In this document: in pieces, positions 39,750 to 46,469 of the stretch
How positions within the stretch are numbered: the stretch's first letter is position 1
Layout: every line of letters begins with the position of its first letter
The notes under the pieces: generated by a model
Told to the model about the DNA's origin: nothing
Seen by the model: only the letters and a program-made list of their open reading frames with translations
Databases searched by the model: none
NCBI GenBank assembly: GCA_003158475.1
Contig: PMJR01000029.1
Location: 1 to 63,844 of the forward strand
DNA length: 63,844 bases
Direction of reading: 5' to 3'
Origin: Ignavibacteriota bacterium
GTDB lineage: Bacteria; Bacteroidota; Ignavibacteria; UBA10030; UBA6906
Position numbers and translations under genes: made by a program

Positions 39750-39790
39750 CCGGATCCCCACGTTCAGTGTGAACACAACGGGGGATCCGG
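39750..39790. other. Perfect 10-bp inverted repeat (stem-loop) between the CHRD and cytochrome genes
   Basis: CCGGATCCCC (39750-39759) and GGGGATCCGG (39781-39790). An inner GTTCA/TGAAC pair sits in the loop. No U-tract follows. Confidence 0.6.
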
Positions 39791-39820
39791 ATGTAACCAA
39801 TACTACGCGAGGCTCCGAAA

Positions 39821-40228
39821 TTGCTCCGGCGATATGCGCCTGTCCTGGTCCTGACGATCGGACTTATGTTCCCCTGCGCCGGGTGCAAAGACATGGGCGT
39901 CAACCCGCCACCCGCCGTGGTTCACGTTGATACTCTCTCCACGGTCTCATTCCAGAACAACGTGCTTCCCATATTCAACAAATTCGGCTGCTACGATTGC
40001 CACGGGGGGACAAACGGGCTTGTGGTGCACACGGTAGCCGACCTCCTGAGGGGGGGGGTCCATGGTCCCGCAATCACTCCCGGCAACGCAGATTCGAGCC
40101 TTATCATGAAGAAAATGTCACCCACGCCGCCGTTCGGAGACCGCATGCCGCAGGGGGGGCCCTATCTCTCCGACAGCATCACGGCGGTGATTGCCACCTG
40201 GATAAAGCAGGGGGGGAAAGACAACTGA
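39821..40228 (+). CDS. Small lipoprotein-like c-type cytochrome (Planctomycete-cytochrome-C-like domain)
   Basis: 135 aa, TTG start. Signal/lipobox-like LRRYAPVLVLTIGLMFPCAGC. Heme motif: CYDCH. Also GGVHGPAITPGNADSSL...DRMP. Confidence 0.65.
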   Translation: MLRRYAPVLVLTIGLMFPCAGCKDMGVNPPPAVVHVDTLSTVSFQNNVLPIFNKFGCYDCHGGTNGLVVHTVADLLRGGVHGPAITPGNADSSLIMKKMSPTPPFGDRMPQGGPYLSDSITAVIATWIKQGGKDN

Positions 40229-41062
40229 TTACCTGCTGCTATGCCATGTGTGCCAGTGCACGATCCTCCAGTTTAACCCGACGTCCTGTTGCATGACAAT
40301 CGTGTGATAGTGGGGCTTCGTTCCTTTCTTTTCTGTTCGCACGACGAGATATCCGCTCCGCCCGTCGTCCGCCATTCCTCCGGTGGAAAAAGCCACCTTC
40401 CTTCCCGGTTCCTCGATGGTGTGTTTCCCTTCACCCTGTTCTCTGAGTGCCAGCACGAGCGGTCTCAGGTACCCGTTCGCGATCGATTGTGCCCCGTGAA
40501 GAACAAACGCGTTCACTACGTCAGAGTCAGGTGATCCTCCTTCGAGAACCTCACGGGTAAATTTCATAATCACCCGGGGGAATTTCCCCCAGACTGTGTC
40601 AGTGACTGTTTTGTCCGTCTCTCGTTTTTCCGCGAGTTTGAATCTGAACGGGACAGACACCCAGACGTCCACAGGCTTGTCTTTGATATAGGCAGGCGTA
40701 AACCGGAATTGCCTGGCCGCCTCCATCGCAGACCCGTCGAATACGTCCGCGTCGCTTTTTATGATGACGACTTCGCGGGGCTTCCCCGTTTTGTCAACCC
40801 ATATTTTCACCCAGACTTTTCCTTCCATCCCTGCCTTGAGGGCCAGTGCGGGGTACACCGGTTCCTTCTTCGCAATAACGACCGGCTCTTTGTCCACGTC
40901 GACGAAATCGGCGGGTGGCTTTGTCGTGTCCCCCTGAAAGGCCGGCTCAGCCGTAATTGAGGCAATCTCCGCCGCGCTGTCCGTAACGGTCGCCGGGTCC
41001 TGTGCGTGCGCGGTGAAAGTGCCGATTGCGAGTATGGTTGTGAGTATAGTCAGCGGTTTCAT
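40229..41062 (-). CDS. Secreted TonB C-terminal-domain protein with an extra ~130-aa C-terminal domain
   Basis: Start taken at MKPLTILTTILAIGTFTAHAQ (signal peptide). TonB_C block: EPVYPALALKAGMEGKVWVKIWVDKTGKPREVVIIKS...AMEAARQFRFTPA. No N-terminal anchor or Pro-rich spacer typical of TonB itself. Confidence 0.65.
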   Translation of the reverse strand: MKPLTILTTILAIGTFTAHAQDPATVTDSAAEIASITAEPAFQGDTTKPPADFVDVDKEPVVIAKKEPVYPALALKAGMEGKVWVKIWVDKTGKPREVVIIKSDADVFDGSAMEAARQFRFTPAYIKDKPVDVWVSVPFRFKLAEKRETDKTVTDTVWGKFPRVIMKFTREVLEGGSPDSDVVNAFVLHGAQSIANGYLRPLVLALREQGEGKHTIEEPGRKVAFSTGGMADDGRSGYLVVRTEKKGTKPHYHTIVMQQDVGLNWRIVHWHTWHSSR

Positions 41063-41072
41063 AATGGCGCCT

Positions 41073-41510
41073 CTATTCGCTGTTTGCTGGATTCGTTGGT
41101 TGCTCCGCGTACACATCGACTGCAGGGAGACAGTACACCGAAATCACGTCCGGCTTCTGCCAGAGTGATATCGAAAGCACGGTCACGGTAATGAGCGCGA
41201 GTGCGATCAGCGCCGCAGAGGGGAGAGGGACGGAGAGCCTGTGCAACCAGAGGGCCCGCATCCTCTCTCCGGCTCCCTTCATCACGCTTATCCGCTTCAT
41301 TTTCAACTTCATCACTTTCTTGTCGAGCGACGGGGGAACCTCCGGCGCAGGAAGCGCAGCCAACCCGGCTCTCAGATCGAGCATGCTGCGGAGAAAGACC
41401 CTGCATTCGCTGCACGTGCCAAGATGCTCAAACATGGTCCCCTGCGAAGGGGGATCAAGCGCATTATCGATGTACGTGCTGACCATGAGCTGAAAATCGT
41501 CGCACTTCAT
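41073..41510 (-). CDS. Anti-sigma factor (zf-HC2 type) with one TM helix
   Basis: 145 aa. Motif: MKCDDFQLMVSTYIDNAL...HLGTCSECRVF. TM helix: LPSAALIALALITVTVLSI. 4-nt overlap with the sigma gene. Confidence 0.8.
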   Translation of the reverse strand: MKCDDFQLMVSTYIDNALDPPSQGTMFEHLGTCSECRVFLRSMLDLRAGLAALPAPEVPPSLDKKVMKLKMKRISVMKGAGERMRALWLHRLSVPLPSAALIALALITVTVLSISLWQKPDVISVYCLPAVDVYAEQPTNPANSE

Positions 41511-42061
41511 CTGTTATCCCTTTCTTCGTTCCACACTCCAGCGAGTTTCTCTGCCAGCGCCCTTCGCGCCTTGAACAGCCTTGACTTCACGGAGCTCGCG
41601 CTGTCCCCGGTCACGCAGGCGATCTCACCGTATGAAAGCCCCTCGAATTCCCTCAGGAGAATGACCTCCCGATACTCCAGCTTCAACCGTGCCAGTGCGG
41701 ATTGCACGAGGTTCCGGACATCCTCCTTTTCTGCGAGCGAAAGGGGCGTTTCATCGTCCCAGACGGATCCCGCGTCAATGTTCCCCCCATCCCGGCGGCG
41801 CCGAAGGGCCATGAGCGCCTCGTTCCTGGCAACACTATAGAGCCATGATTTGAGCGCCGCAGGCTGAGCGATTGCGTCCGAGCCGGAGCTTAATTTCAGG
41901 AACGTCTCGTGGACCGCGTCTTCAGCGGCCTGTGCGTCGGAAAGGAGCCTGACACAGAACGCGTACAGTGCACGCTTGTATCGTCTGTAGAGTTCGGCAA
42001 AGGCTCTTCTGTCCCCCGAATGCATGAGGAAGAGGAGCTCCTTGTCGTTCGTGTTTTGCAC
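41507..42061 (-). CDS. ECF (group 4) RNA polymerase sigma factor
   Basis: 184 aa, GTG start. Region 2: GDRRAFAELYRRYKRALYAFC. Region 4: LKLEYREVILLREFEGLSYGEIACVTG. Confidence 0.88.
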   Translation of the reverse strand: MQNTNDKELLFLMHSGDRRAFAELYRRYKRALYAFCVRLLSDAQAAEDAVHETFLKLSSGSDAIAQPAALKSWLYSVARNEALMALRRRRDGGNIDAGSVWDDETPLSLAEKEDVRNLVQSALARLKLEYREVILLREFEGLSYGEIACVTGDSASSVKSRLFKARRALAEKLAGVWNEERDNR

Positions 42062-42071
42062 CGTCTTACTC

Positions 42072-42096
42072 TAACGTGGACTGAAGAGTGTGTTGG
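42072..42096 (-). promoter_or_regulatory. ECF-type (autoregulatory?) promoter candidate
   Basis: Minus strand: TCCAAC-acactcttcagtcca-CGTTAG. The -10 element ends 10 nt before the GTG start, implying a very short leader. Confidence 0.3.
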
Positions 42097-42124
42097 ACAG
42101 AGCGTGTCTGCATCAAAGATGCTC

Positions 42125-42161
42125 GAAGAAGGGAAAAGTTGCCCTGCGAAAACAAGGCAAC
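42125..42161 (-). terminator. Intrinsic terminator after glgP
   Basis: Minus strand: GTTGCC-ttgttttcgcag-GGCAAC followed by TTTTCCCTTCTTC, 45 nt after the glgP stop. Confidence 0.5.
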
Positions 42162-42205
42162 GGGATGTGGATGAGGGGAAGACGTTGCTGCGGCGTCACT
42201 CGTGT

Positions 42206-44371
42206 CTATTTTCCGTGCTTGCCGGCACCGTAGTATTTCTCGGCATATTCCACGACCATCCGCTCGGTATTGTACACCGGGATCAGCGTCGCCATGGCAT
42301 GCCGGATTTTCTTCAGCCAGCGGTGGGGGATCCCGTCCTTTCCCCGGTCGTAGAAAAGCGGGATGATCTCCTGTTCCATCACTGCACGCAGCGACGCGCC
42401 GTCAATATCGTCCTGCATCTGGTCGGTGCTCGCGGTGGTGTCTTCGCCGATCTTCCAGCCGTTGTGTCCGTCGTACGCTTCACGCCACCAGCCGTCCATT
42501 GTGCTCAGGTGCAACCCGCCGTGTATCGCGATCTTCATGCCGCTCGTGCCGCTCGCCTCCATGGGGCGCCTCGGCGTGTTGAGCCAGACGTCGGCGCCGG
42601 CCACCAGGTGCCGTGCGACATTGATATCGTAGTCTTCGATGAACACCACTTTGCCGAAGAGGTCCCCCCGTTGGGAGATGTTGATGATCTCCCGGATAAA
42701 GCTCTTGCCTGCGTCGTCGCGCGGGTGCGCCTTCCCGGCGAACACGAGCTGGATCGGCGTCTCTTTGGTATTGAGCGTGCGTAATGCCCACTCGAAGTCA
42801 CGGAAGAACAGCGGGGCGCGTTTGTACGTCGCAAACCTCCGGGCGAAACCGATCGTCAATGCGTCGGGAGAGAGCAGGTGATCAAACATCCCCATGTCGC
42901 TTTTGCCGTACCGGAGGTTCTGTTCACTCAGCCGCCTCCTCGCGAATTCGATCAGTTCGCGGCGCAGAGCCATGCGTAGCGCCCAGAGTTCCTCGTCCGT
43001 GACGTGGCGTGGCGAGAGTGCTTCCTGCCAGAAACGGGGCTCCCTGAGCCGCTCGCGCCAGTGGGGGCCGAGCCGCGTCGTCCAGAACTGGCTGGCTGTG
43101 GGGAGCGTCCATCCCGCGGTATGAATGCCGTTGGTCACGTGCCCGATCGGGACTTTGTTGACCGGCGTCCCGGGGTAGAGCGACTGCCACATCTGCCGGC
43201 TGATGCGGCCGTGAAGCTCGCTCACGCCGTTGGCGGAACGGCAGAACCTGAGGGCGAGCACCGTCATTGTGAACGGTTCGCCGGTGTTGTCCGGGTGTTC
43301 GCGACCGAACCGCATCAGCTGATCGGCCGTGAGTCCCGCCGAGTTCATGAACGCCTGGAACGACGCGTTCATCAGTCCGAAATCAAACCGGTCGTGCCCC
43401 GCGGGCACGGGCGTATGTGTTGTGAAGACGCAACGGGCCCGCACGAACTCCGCGGCCTGTTCGGAGGGCTTCCCCGCCGCGAGCTGTTCGCGCAGCAGTT
43501 CGAGCGTCAGGAAAGCGGAATGACCCTCGTTCATGTGAAACGTCGCGGGCTTCAGCCCGATCGCGCGCAGCATCCGGACGCCCCCGATACCCAGGACAAT
43601 CTCCTGCGCGATGCGGGTCGAGTTGTCACCGCCGTACACGTGCGCCGTAAGCTCGCGGTATCTCTGGTCGTTCTCCGGCAGGTCAGTGTCAAGCAGGTAG
43701 AGCTTGATGCGCCCGACCTGGATTGCCCACGCCTGCATGCGCACCGCATCATTGCCGATCTCCACCGTGCAGAAAACCCGCTTCCCCTTACCGTCGGTCA
43801 CCGGTGTAATCGGGAGCCGCGCGGGGTCATAGCTCGGGTACCGTTCCTGCTGCCATCCGTCCCCCGAGATCTGCTGCTGGAAGTACCCCTGCCGGTAGAA
43901 GAGGGTCATCCCTACCAGGGGGAGTCCCAGGTCGCTGGCCGATTTGGCGTGGTCGCCGGCAAGTATGCCGAGGCCACCGGAATAGATTCTGATGCTTTCA
44001 TGCAGTCCGAACTCGGCGCTGAAGTACGCAATGGGCCCCCCCCCATTTTTTTTGAGCGCCCGGCCGTTCTTCGCCATCCATGTCCGCTTCTCGGACATAT
44101 ACGCCTCTAAATCCCCGCAGGCCTTCCGGACCTGTGCGTAGAAATCCTGGTTCTGGAGCCTCACCCGGAGTTCGTGCTCGCTCACCCAGTGGAGGACTTC
44201 CACCGGATTGTGGTTGCTTGTCTCCCACACATACGGGGAGAGATCCCTGAAGATCTGCCGTGCCGCGGGATTCCACGACCACCAGAGGTTGTACGAGAGA
44301 TTCCGGAGATCCTCAATCACTGCGCTGACTGCTTTTTCGGAAACCTTTGTCGTTCTCACGATAGACGTCAT
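42206..44371 (-). CDS. glgP: Alpha-glucan phosphorylase (GT35)
   Basis: Motifs: YFSAEFGLHES...YSGGLGILAGDH and ASGTSGMK (PLP-lysine region). Start taken at MTSIVRT (44371); the longer ORF overlaps typA. Confidence 0.88.
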   Translation of the reverse strand: MTSIVRTTKVSEKAVSAVIEDLRNLSYNLWWSWNPAARQIFRDLSPYVWETSNHNPVEVLHWVSEHELRVRLQNQDFYAQVRKACGDLEAYMSEKRTWMAKNGRALKKNGGGPIAYFSAEFGLHESIRIYSGGLGILAGDHAKSASDLGLPLVGMTLFYRQGYFQQQISGDGWQQERYPSYDPARLPITPVTDGKGKRVFCTVEIGNDAVRMQAWAIQVGRIKLYLLDTDLPENDQRYRELTAHVYGGDNSTRIAQEIVLGIGGVRMLRAIGLKPATFHMNEGHSAFLTLELLREQLAAGKPSEQAAEFVRARCVFTTHTPVPAGHDRFDFGLMNASFQAFMNSAGLTADQLMRFGREHPDNTGEPFTMTVLALRFCRSANGVSELHGRISRQMWQSLYPGTPVNKVPIGHVTNGIHTAGWTLPTASQFWTTRLGPHWRERLREPRFWQEALSPRHVTDEELWALRMALRRELIEFARRRLSEQNLRYGKSDMGMFDHLLSPDALTIGFARRFATYKRAPLFFRDFEWALRTLNTKETPIQLVFAGKAHPRDDAGKSFIREIINISQRGDLFGKVVFIEDYDINVARHLVAGADVWLNTPRRPMEASGTSGMKIAIHGGLHLSTMDGWWREAYDGHNGWKIGEDTTASTDQMQDDIDGASLRAVMEQEIIPLFYDRGKDGIPHRWLKKIRHAMATLIPVYNTERMVVEYAEKYYGAGKHGK

Positions 44372-44408
44372 GCCGGGTGATGTGGAATGATGTGGGTCGT
44401 CTCCCCCC

Positions 44409-46259
44409 TCACGGGCGGGAGGTCTCCTCCGCCGCGTCTGCTTTTTTTCTCGACATTCGGTTGCGGACGTTCGCATCGAGGGTCTTCTTGCGGACGCGGA
44501 TGCTCTGCGGCGTGACCTCCACCAGCTCGTCGTCCCCGATCCATTCGATCGCCTGCTCGAGCGTCATGATGTGGGGGGGTTCCAGTCGGACCGCTTCGTC
44601 GGAGCCCGAGGCGCGCATGTTTGACAGTTGTTTCGTACGGCAGACGTTTACGGTCATGTCCTGTTCGCGGGAATTCTCGCCGACGACCATCCCCGAATAC
44701 ACCTTCGTTCCCGGGGCGATGAAGAACACCGACCGGTCCTGCAGCTTCCACATCCCGTAGGCGACCGCCTCGCCCGCCTCCATCGTCACGAGCGCCCCCT
44801 TTGTCCGGTGCGCCATCTCCCCCTTGTACGGCTCGTAGCCGTGGAAATTGTGGTGGAGAATTCCGGTTCCCTTCGTCTGCGTCATGAATTCGCCGCGGAA
44901 CCCGATCAGGCCCCGCGCCGGGACGAAAAACTCGAGTCGCGTGTTCCCGGTACTGGCGACCATGTTCCTCATTTCGCCTTTGCGGCGGCCGAGGTTCTCG
45001 ATCACGACACCCACAAATTCATCCGGGACGTCGATGATCACGTGTTCCATCGGCTCCGACAGCACGTCGGCGATCCGCCTGTAGATCACCTCCGGCCGGG
45101 AAACCTGGAGCTCAAATCCTTCGCGGCGCATGGTCTCAATCAATATCGCCAGATGAAGCTCGCCTCGTCCGCTCACCTTGAACGTGTCGGGCGAATCGGT
45201 CAGCTCGATCGTGAGGCTGACGTTGGAACGGAGTTCTTTCGTCAGCCGCTCGTGCAGGTGCCGGGTGGTGACGTACTTCCCCTCGATCCCGGCAAACGGC
45301 GAGTTGTTGACGAGGAAATTCATCGAGAGCGTCGGTTCCTCGATTGCCACGAACGGGAGAGGGGAGGGGTCGGCTTCGTCGGCGATCGTTTCCCCGATAT
45401 CCACGTCCTCCATGCCTGCGATCGCGATGATGTCGCCGGCGCCGGCGGAGGTCACTTCGAGCCTCTTGAGACCGTCAAATGTGTAGATCTTCGTGACGCG
45501 CGCATCGTCGACCACGCGGTCCCGGTGAATGATCTTCATCGGACCGCCCAGGCGAATCGTCCCTCTGTGTATCCGGCCGATGCCGAGCCTCCCCAGGTAG
45601 TCGTTGTAGTCGATCGTGGTGACGAGCATCTGGAACGGCGAGGTCACATCTCCCGGGGGAGGCGGGACATGCGTGATTATGGCGTCGAAGAGGGGGACGA
45701 GGTCGTTGCTCTGCTGATCCAGTTCCTTCCGGGCTATCCCCTGTTTGGCGATGCAGTAGATCGTCGGGAAGTCGAGCTGCGTGTCGTTTGCCCCGAGCGA
45801 GAGGAAAAGCTCGAAGACAAGATCGAGGACTTCGTGGGGGCGGGCGTCCTTCCTGTCGATCTTGTTGATGACGACGATGGGCTTCAGATTCAGGTCGAGG
45901 GATTTCTTCAGGACGAACTTGGTTCCGGGGAGGGGACCCTCCGCGGCATCGACGAGGAGTAAAACGCCGTCGACCATCGTCAGCGTCCGCTCGACCTCCC
46001 CGCCGAAGTCGGCGTGCCCCGGGGTGTCGACGATATTGATCTTCACTCCGTTGTAGTGAATGGCCGTATTCTTGGCCAGTATTGTGATGCCGCGTTCCTT
46101 TTCGAGGTCGTTCGAATCCATCACGCGCGTGACAAGCTGCTGGTTCAGCCGGAACGTCCCAGTCTGGCGGAGCATATGGTCCACCAGCGTCGTCTTGCCG
46201 TGGTCGACGTGCGCGATTATCGCGATATTGCGAATGTCCTGTCTCTGCATGCCGTCCAT
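44409..46259 (-). CDS. typA: Translational GTPase TypA/BipA
   Basis: 616 aa. Motifs: IRNIAIIAHVDHGKTTLVD, DTPGHADFGGEVER and NKIDR. Confidence 0.93.
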   Translation of the reverse strand: MDGMQRQDIRNIAIIAHVDHGKTTLVDHMLRQTGTFRLNQQLVTRVMDSNDLEKERGITILAKNTAIHYNGVKINIVDTPGHADFGGEVERTLTMVDGVLLLVDAAEGPLPGTKFVLKKSLDLNLKPIVVINKIDRKDARPHEVLDLVFELFLSLGANDTQLDFPTIYCIAKQGIARKELDQQSNDLVPLFDAIITHVPPPPGDVTSPFQMLVTTIDYNDYLGRLGIGRIHRGTIRLGGPMKIIHRDRVVDDARVTKIYTFDGLKRLEVTSAGAGDIIAIAGMEDVDIGETIADEADPSPLPFVAIEEPTLSMNFLVNNSPFAGIEGKYVTTRHLHERLTKELRSNVSLTIELTDSPDTFKVSGRGELHLAILIETMRREGFELQVSRPEVIYRRIADVLSEPMEHVIIDVPDEFVGVVIENLGRRKGEMRNMVASTGNTRLEFFVPARGLIGFRGEFMTQTKGTGILHHNFHGYEPYKGEMAHRTKGALVTMEAGEAVAYGMWKLQDRSVFFIAPGTKVYSGMVVGENSREQDMTVNVCRTKQLSNMRASGSDEAVRLEPPHIMTLEQAIEWIGDDELVEVTPQSIRVRKKTLDANVRNRMSRKKADAAEETSRP

Positions 46260-46278
46260 TGATACCGTCCATCGTGCG

Positions 46279-46315
46279 AAAAAAAAGGCCTCAGGCGGAT
46301 GCCAATTGCCGGAGG
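46279..46315 (-). terminator. Terminator-like hairpin plus U8 immediately upstream of typA
   Basis: Minus strand: CCTC-c-GGC-aattggcatcc-GCC-t-GAGG-cc-TTTTTTTT. The U-run ends ~20 nt before the typA ATG. Confidence 0.4.
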
Positions 46316-46364
46316 TCGAATCCTTGATTCAACTGCTTCCCCTCGGCTGGAGCGAGGGCCATCA

Positions 46365-46393
46365 AAAATACGGAAAAATCTGAACAATTCCAA
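46365..46393 (-). promoter_or_regulatory. Sigma-70-like promoter candidate in the OMP-typA spacer
   Basis: Minus strand: TTGGAA (46393-46388), 17 nt, TATTTT (46370-46365). Confidence 0.3.
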
Positions 46394-46469
46394 AAAACCG
46401 CGGACGTGCCAAATCCGGACTCTTTCGCCCCTCTCGCCCGCTGACGGAGCGGGTGCGGAAACTCGTCAG

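Noticed and set aside
46305-46330. tRNA T-arm-like GGAGGTCGAATCC
   Set aside because: No complementary T-stem, acceptor stem or anticodon arm can be drawn around it. It is part of the hairpins in the typA upstream spacer.
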